Shown here: positions 44,816-56,700 of the stretch, piece by piece | How positions within the stretch are numbered: the first letter of the stretch is position 1 | Layout: each line of letters opens with the position of its first letter | DNA from: a virus | Taxonomy: Duplodnaviria > Caudoviricetes | DNA: 64,000 nt | Strand: one strand, 5' to 3' | IMG/VR virus record: IMGVR_UViG_3300021426_000071 | Location: 32,001 to 96,000 of that record | Notes under the pieces: generated by a model | Told to the model about the DNA's origin: nothing | Databases searched by the model: none | Seen by the model: the letters and a program-made list of their open reading frames with translations, nothing else | Made by a program: the position numbers and the translations under genes

Positions 44816-45290
44816 GGCAATTATGGTTTCAATCGATCCCAGTACCAAGGTTACAGGGATGGCGCTGTTTCATGGCGGGGAGTTAACAACATCTTATGCT
44901 ATCAATTTAAGCGCGAGTAAGAAAGATGCTGAAGGAAGAATCCTTGACATGGGCAGAGAGATTATGACGAAGCTTGATGAGTGGAATCCTGCAATTCTAT
45001 ATGTAGAACAGCCACAGGGACACGGAAACAACATTCGTGTCGCGAGACTTATTTCTGAACTGATTGGGTTTTGCAAAGCTTGGGCTGTTCAGAATAATGC
45101 ATATATTGAAGAGGTTCCGCCATCCGTGTGGAGAAAATATCTCGGGCTGGATCAGGGTGGAAAAAAGAGAGAACAATTAAAACGGGACAGTATGAATGCA
45201 GTCCTTGATGTATTTGGAATCAATGTATCCGAGGATGAGTCGGACGCTATTAATATAGGAAGCGCAATGCTTCAGAGGTATATGGAGTAA
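44808..45290 (+). CDS. ruvC: RuvC-like Holliday junction resolvase
   Basis: SIDPSTKVTG, VEQP, PSVWRK, DESDAINIG. Confidence 0.85.
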   Translation: MSEAIMVSIDPSTKVTGMALFHGGELTTSYAINLSASKKDAEGRILDMGREIMTKLDEWNPAILYVEQPQGHGNNIRVARLISELIGFCKAWAVQNNAYIEEVPPSVWRKYLGLDQGGKKREQLKRDSMNAVLDVFGINVSEDESDAINIGSAMLQRYME

Positions 45291-45293
45291 TTT

Positions 45294-45779
45294 ATGGATA
45301 TTGGAAAATTTGTGGAAGAATTTGATCAGTCTCAAGCGAAAGACAGGGTTGTTAAGAAGCATATTGTAACTAATTATATTTCCTACGAGGTAAAGATTTC
45401 AGAGGCAAATAAGATCATTAAACATTCCTTTTATACCGATGTGGATGGCGAGGAAACGTATCTCGCAAATTCGCCAGTTAGATACATCTTGTTTATGATG
45501 GCGGTTATCAGGAGTTATACAGATCTTGAATTTGATAATACGAACGCAATGATTCAGTTTGATCTTTTGGAATCTAGAGGAATTATTGAAATGATCATTG
45601 AGTTGATCGGGCAAGATTATGAGCGGTTCCAGACTGTCCTTAATATGACAATCGACGACTTAATGAGCAATGAGCGCTCTCTCGTCTCCTATTTTGATCG
45701 GAAGCTTACGGCGCTCGGTAAAACTATTTCGGAACTGGCAACACAACTAGAAGCACAACAGGCAGCGGCATCTGAATAA
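45294..45779 (+). CDS. putative tail assembly chaperone
   Basis: Position between the tail tube and tape measure genes; YTDLEF motif. Confidence 0.5.
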   Translation: MDIGKFVEEFDQSQAKDRVVKKHIVTNYISYEVKISEANKIIKHSFYTDVDGEETYLANSPVRYILFMMAVIRSYTDLEFDNTNAMIQFDLLESRGIIEMIIELIGQDYERFQTVLNMTIDDLMSNERSLVSYFDRKLTALGKTISELATQLEAQQAAASE

Positions 45780-45844
45780 AACCGCTGTAAATTTGGCACG
45801 AGTATATCGTGCCATTTTTAGTGCGATTTTATTTGGAGGATATT

Positions 45845-46873
45845 ATGAGTTTTAAGAAGCTTGCACCAGTGACTGACGAGCAATGGAAAAAGATTCCACA
45901 GGAAAATCGTCAGCTTTTTACTGATTATTTTTTAGACAATGTAGAACTTAGCGAAAGAACAAAAGAGACATATAAAAGCAATTTGAGAATCTGGTTCTGG
46001 TGGCTCTATCAGAATTACGGAGACAAATTGCATACAGAGGTAAAAAGTAGAGAGTATAAAAGATTTCAGAATTGGCTTGTTGAGCGTGGCTGTAGTACTT
46101 CTGATATTGCTACGAAACGCTCAACTATCTCCTCTCTCAATAATTATATAATGGTCTATTTTGAGGATGAGTATCCTACATTTAGGAATTTTATAAACGC
46201 CTCAATTAAACTTCCAGAAAAAACGTTTAAAAACGAAAAGAATCCGCCGACTCGCGAGGAGCTTGCAGCCATGATCCAAAAATTGGAGGATTCAGATCTT
46301 TGGGATAAGCATCAAAAGATAGCTTATCTAAAATTTACTTTTGCAACAGGATGCAGGAGGGCCGAGACCCGTCAGCTACTAAAAAGCGACGTGCTTGATG
46401 TTCAACCGATTGTAAAAACAATTACCGTATTAGACGAAGATGGCAATAAAGTCGAACACGAAACACGGTATTATATCACGCACGAAATTAGGTGTAAGGG
46501 CAGAGGAAAAACTGGTAAAGTTCGTAGGCTTAAGTATGATGAGGAGGCTCATGCTGCTCTTGTAAAGTGGCTGAAGGATCGTGGTGAGGATAATTGTCCA
46601 TATGTATTTGTATCGAAGCTGAGTGATGGACGAATTGAACAGGTATCAGAGTCTACTTTTAATCGATGGGGGTCTGGTATTTTTACAAAGTTGCTCGGCA
46701 GAAGATTTCACCCGCATTGTCTTCGAGAAGCGAGGGCTACTGATGCGGTTGTCGCTCAGGGCGTAGATATTGAAAAAGTACGCGTTTTATTGGGCCATAA
46801 TGATTCGAGCACAACAAGGATCTATGTCTGTGGCAACGACGACGAAGGCGCGGATGATGAGTTGTTTATTTGA
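45845..46873 (+). CDS. XerD-like tyrosine recombinase
   Basis: TGCRRAE, KG, HPHCLR, LLGH..SSTTRIY (complete R-K-H-R-H-Y set). Confidence 0.9.
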   Translation: MSFKKLAPVTDEQWKKIPQENRQLFTDYFLDNVELSERTKETYKSNLRIWFWWLYQNYGDKLHTEVKSREYKRFQNWLVERGCSTSDIATKRSTISSLNNYIMVYFEDEYPTFRNFINASIKLPEKTFKNEKNPPTREELAAMIQKLEDSDLWDKHQKIAYLKFTFATGCRRAETRQLLKSDVLDVQPIVKTITVLDEDGNKVEHETRYYITHEIRCKGRGKTGKVRRLKYDEEAHAALVKWLKDRGEDNCPYVFVSKLSDGRIEQVSESTFNRWGSGIFTKLLGRRFHPHCLREARATDAVVAQGVDIEKVRVLLGHNDSSTTRIYVCGNDDEGADDELFI

Positions 46874-46898
46874 TACGCGATATTGGTTATGATAATAT
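46870..46898 (+). promoter_or_regulatory. possible sigma-A promoter TTGATA-17-TAATAT with extended TG
   Basis: Spacing and TG extension; upstream of the 46944 gene. Confidence 0.4.
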
Positions 46899-46943
46899 AC
46901 AAAAGAGGTAGTAATACCTCTTTATACATAAAGAGGTGATACG

Positions 46944-47507
46944 ATGGCGGATGAGTTTGATGCTTTGCTTCAAAATTTAAACATTAATTTGAATACCGCT
47001 GTTCGTCGTGCGGCGGTCGAAATAGGAGAAAAAATCCAAGACGAATATGAAACTGCGATAACTAATTTTTACGCCGATTACGATCCTCAACTGTATGATC
47101 GTACATATAGTCTATACGAGGGAGCAAAAGGGATTGGTGGTTATGGCACGAATATTAAGCAACTTGCAAAAAATATGTACGAGTGTGGAATTACTGTAGG
47201 CGCAGAAAATTATAGTGGTAACCCATACGTCAAACCATATCCGCATGGATGGGACGCCGATCCATCTATGGTATTTCCTAACGTTTGGGATCTTGGAAGA
47301 CACGGGTTTAGTAGTTATAATGTTAGAAAAGCCCACGCCGGAAAAGACAAGGATGATCCAAAATATTGGAAAATAAAGAAAAGTAGTGTTCCTAAAAATA
47401 GTACTCCACCCCAAAGGGTAATGGATCAAGCTTTTAAAAAATACGATAATCAGGATTATGTGTTTGGAGTATTAAAGAAATATATTAGTGAAATCGGAGG
47501 ATTTTGA
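46944..47507 (+). CDS. conserved protein upstream of the tape measure gene
   Basis: FYADYDPQLYDRTY; AGAGGTG RBS. Confidence 0.7.
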   Translation: MADEFDALLQNLNINLNTAVRRAAVEIGEKIQDEYETAITNFYADYDPQLYDRTYSLYEGAKGIGGYGTNIKQLAKNMYECGITVGAENYSGNPYVKPYPHGWDADPSMVFPNVWDLGRHGFSSYNVRKAHAGKDKDDPKYWKIKKSSVPKNSTPPQRVMDQAFKKYDNQDYVFGVLKKYISEIGGF

Positions 47508-47710
47508 TAATGGGTGGCTGCTATATAATAAAATTAATAGATGAAGAAGAACCAATGTGTTATTTAGGATTTTCTGTTGATTATTTATTATTAGTCAGTC
47601 GTCGTCAAAGTCAGGTATTTATAGTAGAGGAACTCGTAAACGATCGCGTAATTCATCGTTTGAGAGGTCGTCGTTTTATTCCCATTAGAATACAGGGAAA
47701 TGATTTTTGG

Positions 47711-47736
47711 GAGCGGTCATGACCGCTCTTTTTTTT
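47711..47736 (+). terminator. intrinsic terminator-like hairpin directly upstream of the tape measure RBS
   Basis: GAGCGGTC-AT-GACCGCTC followed by T8. Confidence 0.7.
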
Positions 47737-47754
47737 ATGTAAAAGAGGTGTGTT

Positions 47755-50700
47755 ATGGCAAGTAAAAGTAAGGGAAGTTATATTATAAAATTAGGGGCCG
47801 ACATCTCTGCCGTCGAAGCTGCGGTAGCAGAAGCCAAGGGACAAATTACAAATCTTGGCGACGATAAGGTTCTTATTCAAATTGATTATGATCATGGCGA
47901 TATGGCTGCTGTGCGAAACGCTGTACAGAGCATTATTGATTATGATCCAAAAGTGCGCGTGCAGATTCAATATGATCTAGAGTCTGCGGCGTTAAAAAAG
48001 AAAAAAGAAGAGCTTGAAAGCGATGAAGATTTATTCAAGATGATGCTTGGTGAATCTGATAACCATGCTCTTACGGAACATGTAGCTGGAATTTTAAGAG
48101 AGATCGATGATGGTCTTGATAAGGGGATATCCAAGATTGATCTTGCGGAAAAGCTTAAAAGAGCAATGGATATTTCTGAAAGCTATACTAAATACAAAGA
48201 TAGAGATTTGCAAGATTATGTGACAGATTGGATATATGATCTTGAAGAACAACTAAAAGTTGAGGATTATGAAGCTAAAACAGATATTTTTTCAAATCTC
48301 AGAACTAAGATCGAGGACGATAAGGCAATAATAAAAGGTCTGGAACTTCAGTTAAAAGATCTTAGATCTGCTGGCGCGATAGATATAGACGGAACAATAG
48401 ATTTTTCTGGTATAGAAAATGGCGCTTCCGGCGTCGAGCAGCTTGCCTCTGGAATGAAAGAAGCCGCTCAGTCTGCGCGAGAGGCAAAAAAAGAAATAAC
48501 TGGTTTTAGTACAGAAGCGAAAAAAGTAGGCGAAAGCATCAAGGATGTTTTTGATAACAAACTGCGTGATTTGACCAAAAATTATTTAAGTCAGTTACAG
48601 AATACTAATCGTAGAGATTTAAAAGAAACCGCTTTTGTTATGACAAAAGAGGGAAATATTATTGGTGGAACTGAGTTCGGCACTCATGATTCTGATAAAG
48701 GCTTAAACAAGAAGGCGATAAAAGAAGCACGAGAAGCTGGGCTAACTCCAGAGATTGGTGTACATACTCATGGAGGGTCATTTTTTCCCGCTCCGAGTAT
48801 AAATGTTGAAGAAAAAGAAGTTGGTGGCAAATTAACAAAGGTGTTGTCTGGAGACCTTTTTGCTTGGTCAGAAAGTGTTAATCAGGGCATTAAAAAAGAA
48901 GTAATGCTTGGATTAAAAGCCATAAATATATTTGATTCTGAGAATTTTTATTCAAAATATGGCGAGAAACTTGATGATCCTGTTATTGCTGATAAATTGG
49001 CGTCTGAGTATCAAAGAGTTTCTGCTTCTTTGAAAAACTCTCCGACTAGATATTTGGAAGAATTGGTAAATAAATTTGGCCATAATACCGAATATACAGG
49101 AGATATCTTTTCGAATGGCTTAAAAGATTATCTCACAACGATATTTAGAGATAATTTTGATTTAAACAATATAGATATTGATAGTATCGTTAAAGACGTT
49201 GGGTCAAAACTAGGTAAAACAAGTCGGAGTTTAGGCGACATTATAGAGACCTCTATAAGAAAAAATAGTAAAAATATTACAGACGATGAACTTCTCAATT
49301 TCTATGGTTCAATAAGTTGGGATGATCTCTATGAAAAATGGGGTCTAAAAGGACTAAAAGAAACAGATATTCATGATTTCCAAATGATAAAGGAATTACC
49401 GGGCATATTCAGAAGGGGTGCCGGAATTAAGGATTTTGATCAATTTTATAAGCTCCATACTCATGATGATTTTTATAATCAAAATCCTTTAAAATTAGAC
49501 ACTTCCGTCCCTGAAATTAATGTTCCGAACAACACGTCTAAAATAGATGATTATATTTCCAAGCTGGAACGTCTCCACCAATTACAACAAACAATATACA
49601 ATATGAAACCAGAAGCCGCATATGGAAAATCATATGAGGAAACTGGAAGACATATAGAGAAGCTAAACGCCCAGTATGAACAGACTGTTGCAGAAATAGA
49701 AAAACTTCGCGAAGCGGACGATGGTTCTGCTGAAATTAAAGAACAAATCGGCCTTCTCGAAAATCTTGCCGTTGCTTATAGAGAAGCAATGGAGAATTCA
49801 TTTCCAAACGATGTAGCTCATGGAGATTGGCTTCGTAAGTATACGAATCTTTCTCCGAAAGATATTTATGGAGATAGCTCTGATTACACATTCAGAGCCA
49901 TAAAGAGAAGTGCTGAAGAATTCAGAAATCAATTACAGCAAAGTGAATTAGACATTTTTAGAGAAGCGAATTTTTCTAATGAAGACCTGTCAAAATTGCC
50001 ACAGGAAACCGGAAGCACATCTGCTCTTTTAGAAATACCTGAAATTATGGAGCGAATAACTTCTGCCGGAAAAGAAGCCACTCAAACTATGAAAGAGTTT
50101 TATTCCGCAGTCTCAGGAGAGGGTGACGGCGGTGGCGGAATAGGTTCTACTTCTGACTCGGAAGTAGATAGCTTAAGGTCTGAATTAGACCAAGCAGAGA
50201 GGGATGCTGAAGCAGAACGTCGTCGGGCCGTAGATGCAGAGGAACGTGCGGAACAAGCTGAGGATGAGGCTAAAGGCTATTTAGATGCCAATACAAGGTT
50301 ATCAAACGAATTAGCTGAGGAAAGAAAAAATGCATCAGAAAGAGAAAAGGCTGATGCGGAAAGAATTTCACAGTTAGAATCAGACCTAAGTTTAAAAGAC
50401 GATTTGTATCGAATCGCTGTTCAGGATCAGGTTGACTCAGATAAGAGGGCAAAAGAATACGAAGAGTTAAATAAAGATCTTCAAAGGCAAGTAAGCGAAT
50501 TACAAAGGGGTAAACAAGCTAATGAGTCAACTGATAATCTAGGACGGGAATCCTCGAATACAGCCGATGGTATAGATAAGGAATCTGAAGCATTAACCAG
50601 ATTAGCCAGTATTGCGCTTACCGCTGCCGCAAATAAAGACCTTGTTACGCAGAGTAATATTAGTCTTGCGAGCCAAATGACGGCGTCTACATCTAAAATT

Positions 50701-53700
50701 TTAGAGGAAGCAGAAGCATTAGATAAGCTTGCACAGAATGCAAAGAAAGCGGCAGACGAGAAGAAAAGGTTTACCAATAATGTCAAGGAGGCAGAACCAG
50801 CCGAGGAAAAGACAAAAAAGAATACAGAAAGCAAAGGTAAAAAGAAGAAGGATTTTGAAAAAGAATATCTTTCTTCAATCGACAAGTTTAAAAAATTAGC
50901 TCAGGACGGTGCACTAGAACAATTATTGCCGGATCGATACTCTTCCTTACGGCAACAATTAAATTCAATCGAACCGAATGCATATTCTATCGATAAGTTT
51001 AACGAATCTTTAAAAGAAACCGCCACTCTTCTCTCAGATGTTAAGAAGCGTCATGTAGAAATAGAGAAGGCGTCTGAGAAAGGATATATGAAGGCTATTA
51101 GTGAATACACTAATAGCGAACAAGATTTACTGAAGTATTTACCGGACTCGGCGGAGCAATTAAAGAAAGAGTTAAATTCGATTGAACCTAATACTGCATC
51201 AATTGATCAGTTTATGTCTCACCTTGAAGAAGCCCGTAAAAAGATGGATGACATGAGAGATTCTTTCAATTTGTGGCGTTTTTCATTCGATGAGGCGAAT
51301 ATTCTCAGTAGAAAAGTTCAAAATAATTCTCATCTAAATGAATTATTTGGGCAAAGAATGTCAGACATTGAGGATAAAACTCCTTATATAGACCCTTATG
51401 ATACAGAAGGTGTCGAAAAGTATCATGATGAAGTTAAAAGTTTAATAGCCGATGTAAATCAGGCCCAGCAGATGGTGGCAATGGATGCAGACAGCGGAAT
51501 TTCAAGCATTGCCAGATTAGCTAAAGATAGAAATCAATATATTGATGCTCTGGTAAAAACAGCAAATGGTAAAGGAACTGGTGCATTAGAAGATGTAATT
51601 CAAAATTATAATTCAAAACTTGATGCAATTAAACAAAAAATTGCAGACATTAAAGCAGAGTGGGGAGAAAACGATCCCAATGCGAATAGGCTTCAAAAGA
51701 ATCTTAACTTATATCAGTCTGATACCGCAGATAAAATCAGACAACGTCTTCTCGCGGACGCACAGGCGAAACAACAAAAAATAACAAATGCCCAAATGTC
51801 TCCTAACGATTTCGTGCCAGCATTTACTGCCGAACTTAAATCTGCGCATGATTCGGTTGATTCTATAGTCAAGGAAATAAGTGGCGCGGATGTGTCAAAG
51901 TTTTTTGATGAAAAGGCTGTTGAAAAGTGGGTAGACTCATTGAAGGATGCCCAAAATACAATTGACAACATTAAAAAGCAGGAAAATGTATCGGCCACTG
52001 AAAATCAATTGCAAACGTTGATGCGAAGAATCAACACAGATATATCCCATCGTGGACTGCGTGGAACGCTGGCAGATGAATACTCAGATTTGAAAACTCG
52101 CGTAGAAGCAGCAGCCGCGGCAATCAGAGATGCCGATGATGCCGCTGAGGCTGTTAGCAAAATAGATATGAAGGGTTTCGTAACTGAATGGAGTACTCTA
52201 AATGCAAAAGCTAGAGAAGCTGGGCAATTATCAGATGGGTTTGCCAAGAAGTTTAGTGAAGCTATTAATAATCAGTCGGCACAGTTTTTGGCAACGTATT
52301 TTAGTTTTCAAGACATGGTGCGCTATGCAAAAGAAATTTCCCAGACAGTTGTACAGACTGATAGCGCACTTGTTGAGTTAAGAAAGGTATCAAACGAATC
52401 CAACGATAGAATTCAGGAAAGTTTTCAGAAGTCTGCCGAAACAGCTCAGGAAATGGGAAGTACTGTTACCGACGTTGTAAACAGTACAGCAGATTGGTCG
52501 AGGCTTGGCTATGACATTGGAGACGCCGAAGAACTGGCTAGAGTTACCACTCTTTTCCAGAAGGTTGGCGACAATATGACGCAAGAGTCTGCAAGCCAGT
52601 CGCTTGTTTCGATGCTACAGGGATTTCAAATGGACGCATCGCAAGCGGAGCGGATTGTTGACAGCGTGAATGCCGTCGCTAATAATTTCGCAATTGACAC
52701 AGCAGGAATCGGCGATGCGTTACAGAGATCGGCTGCGGCATTTAATGCGGCTGGTACAGATTTAAATAAATCTATTGCATTGGTTACAACAGCGAATGCA
52801 GTGGTACAAGATCCGGCATCTGTGGGTAAATGTTGCCCACTTCATAGGTAACTATGAAACACAAAAAGTAGCTATATCGGTTAAAGTCCAGCGGTGGATC
52901 AGACCGAGGTAAGACCTAGAATATGTATATGTTTGTATGTGATACGCCAATTAGGATGGCGTGTCTTTTTTTTATGAGGAAAAAATATGCCAAGAAAAGG
53001 AGATTTAAAAGGAGTATACGTTCCTTGTGAGAACTGCGGCAAGATTCTTTATAGAACGCCGTATAGGATGAATAAAAACACACATCAGTTTTGTAGCAAT
53101 CAATGCCAAATGGAATACGAGCATAAGCAAAGATTTGAGGATAGAAAATGTGAAGTATGTGGCAAGGTAATGCATCTATCGAAATTATCTACGCAGAGGT
53201 TCTGTTCCGAGTTGTGTCAACATGAATGGCAGAAGACGCGTGTTGGAGACCTAAACCCAAAAACGAAACGTGTAGAGGTTCAATGTGATTGGTGCGGTAA
53301 AATGTTTACTAAGACGCCGTCTGTATATGCGTTAACAGATAGACATTTTTGCTCTAACGAGTGTAGGCGCAACTGGTACGCAAAGGTTTTGAGCCAACAA
53401 GACTCTTGGAAGGCGGCATCAAGAGATCGATGTCTAAATATGCTTGCGGCTGGTGAAATAAGCCATACAAATACAAAACCACAAATTATTGTCAACGATA
53501 TATTGACAGACAAAAACATTAAGTTTGAAAACGAACACATATGTGGTTTTTACTCTCTCGACAATTATCTATTAGAATCTAATCTTGCTATTGAGGTAAT
53601 GGGTGATTTTTGGCACGCATCACCGCTAAAGTATAATATAGACAATCTATATCCTAATCAAAGAAAAGCAATTGGGAGAGATAAGGCGAAGAGGACGTAT

Positions 53701-56700
53701 GCCAAGAAATATTACGATATGGATATCCTTTATTTATGGGAGGATGATTTATATAAAAGAGTCGAATTGTGCGCACAGCTTATCGATGTGTTCATAGATT
53801 CTGGTGGCGAGATGCCAAATTACCATTCTTTTAATTATTATATTAACGACAATGCCGAATTAAATCTGCGCTCAGAGATAATAATTCCATATCAAGAACA
53901 ACCGTTAACAGCCTAACTAATGTCCTAATCATTTGGATAGGCGCATATTGTATTCTAGGAAACCGTAGAGACTGTAATAGTTGTATTGGTAACAATATGA
54001 CTTCCGCTACTCTCCTATCATATATAGGATGAAGATCCAGTCCGAACTGCGAATATAACCTTTGATTAAAATCGCAGAGTATGCCAGAAATGACATACCG
54101 CCTATTATTAATAGGTCATAAAAGTAACAGATTGACTATGTTTAAGACAATGTCGGCACGCATTCGCGGATCTTCTACCGAACTCGCCGAGCTTGGAGAA
54201 GAAGAAGACGAATTTACAAAATCCACATCCAAACTCAGAGATCTCGTGAAGGGACTTACTGGGTTTGATATTCTGGAAGATGAGAATACATACAAAGATA
54301 TATATGAAATAATTCGTGGAATTGGTAAGGAATGGCAAAACCTTACGGATATGGAAAGGGCTTCATTAACAGAAGCTCTCGGCGGGAAAAGAGGAGTTAA
54401 TACTCTATCTGCCGTGTTAAACAATGTACAAATGCTTGAGGACGCCTATGCTGAGGCCGAAGGAGCAGAAGGGTCGGCAGGTGAAGAGCTAGAACATTAT
54501 TCAGAAGGGCTTGAATGGTCAATTGGTAGAGCAAAGGCATCATTAGAAGAACTTGCAAATGACTTTCTCAGTTCGAGCCTTTTAAAAGATCTTATTGAAG
54601 TGGCTAACACACTACTTCGCATTGTTGATAACATCGTAGATAGTATAGGCAGTATACCAAGCATACTTGCTGCTATTACCGGGATGTCAACACTCAAGGG
54701 TTTGCTCGGTGCTGATAGTATCGTGGCTGATATATTTAAATCTGCCAATGAGGCGACTGGTGGAAAACCGCAGGAGACAATGCTTGGCAGTATTCGTGAG
54801 ATGAAATCCCATAGAAAGGCTCTTAAAGAAGCAGCAGCTAAAGCCGCAAAAGAAACCGCAGAAGGAGCCTCTGCCGGGGTTGGGAAGGCTGCTATTTCTG
54901 GAGCTACAGACGCCATTGCTGAGGAAGGTACGGAAGCAATAATTAAAAAGGCAACCGAGGCAGTCGCTGAAGAAAGTACCGAGGCTATTGCAAAGACCGC
55001 AGGAGAAAGTGTTGTCGAGGGCGTATTTGGCGAAACCATTGAAGAGGGCGTTGAACGAACGATAGCCACTCTTAATGACGGAACAGTAATAAAAGCAACC
55101 AAAGGTTATGTAGCACCTGTGGCTCAGTCTGCTGGTGAAGCATTTGCGGAAAATATGGCAGAGAGCGCCGCAAATGTATCTGGTGTAATTGGAAATACTA
55201 TTTTTAACGCTGAAGAAGAAGCAGTAGAACAGGCGGCACGAAGGTCTCTTAATATCGTGCCAAAATTCAATATCGCCGATGCGGCCACAGAAGGTGTCGG
55301 AGAAGCAGTCACCGATGCTGTTGGAGAAGCAGTCACCGATGCTGTTGGAGAAACCGTCGCCGAAGGAACTACTCGGGCTGTCGTACAAGGCGTAGAGAGC
55401 GCTGGTGCCGCTGGTGGAGCCGCAGCCGCATCTGCCGGAGGAAGTATTGGCGCAAAACTTGTCGCTGGTATTGTAGGCGCATTAGGGCCGATTGGAGCCG
55501 CTATTGCTGCCGCTGTTGCTGCCGCAGCCGTAATTGGGGGCGGCGTATATCTATATAATAAACACGAGAAGGCAGAACGCCAAAAACAATCTTCCGCTGC
55601 CGCAGAAGATTGGGAAACTGCCAAAGGTAGTTTAGAACGTTATGTTGCATCTTATCAGAGTCTTCATGAAAAGATGACAGATGCCAACAATTCAGAAGCA
55701 GAGACATATCAGTATAAAGAACAGATTTATGCCCTTCAACAGGAGATAGTATCGGCATATGGAGAACAGGCCGCTGGCATTGATCTTATAAATGGTGATC
55801 TCCAGCAACAGTCTGATCTTATTGAGCAAATTGGGGATAAGATTAGAGGTAATAATATCCTTCAAAATAAAGAGGCATTTCGTGATGCAAAGAACGAAAT
55901 GCAAGGGCATCATAAACGAGAATATGGATATCTTGGACAGCTTCCCGGAAGTGCTGATGTAGGTGTTGGTAAAGAGATTGCAGAAGTTGCAAATGAATTT
56001 GATAGTATCTCATTCATGCAAAACGGTGAGACTCTTTCTTTCCATATAGATGCTGATGTGAATGACGCCATAAGCGATATTGATAAATTTGGGCAGAAAT
56101 TAATTGAACTCAGAGATCAATATGACGAAGACTCATTCGAATATAATAAAATTCAAGGAATAATAGACTCTGCAACAAATTCACAAAAGGCTGCGTTAGA
56201 TATTGCCGACAAATTTGGTGCCCAATATGAAATGGCAATGCTGGACGAGGTCGAAGAAGGCCAAAAACAGTTGGTATCAAGATATGCAGAAGCTGTTACG
56301 AAATATAATAAAGCCCTTGCATTAGGAGACAAAGAGGCTGTTGATGAGGCAAGTCAAGTTTTTGCTGAAGCCGAGGCAGACCGACAGGACTTTTTGTCGC
56401 AGGATAATAATAAAGATACTTATGGTTTCTTATTTGATGATTATAAATTAGATGAGACTGCAAAAAGAAACTATGATTTAAAAGAAGTATTGCCAATAGC
56501 AGAACAATACAGTGGCATTGCGGATGGTGTTTCTGATATACAATCTGAGATGGAGAATTCTATTAGCCCTCAGAATCAATACAGGGACAATATTGTAGAT
56601 ATTACAACAAGTCTTAGCAAGCTAAAGAATCTAAACATGGATAAGGTTGATTTCTTATCTCAGTTTGACAGTATTCTAAATAGTGATGGCAATTTTACAG

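Noticed and set aside
42716-54134. Split tail tube and tape measure ORFs as pseudogenes, frameshifts or stop-codon recoding
   Set aside because: Group I intron cores and exact in-frame exon joins explain both splits; other genes are intact in code 11
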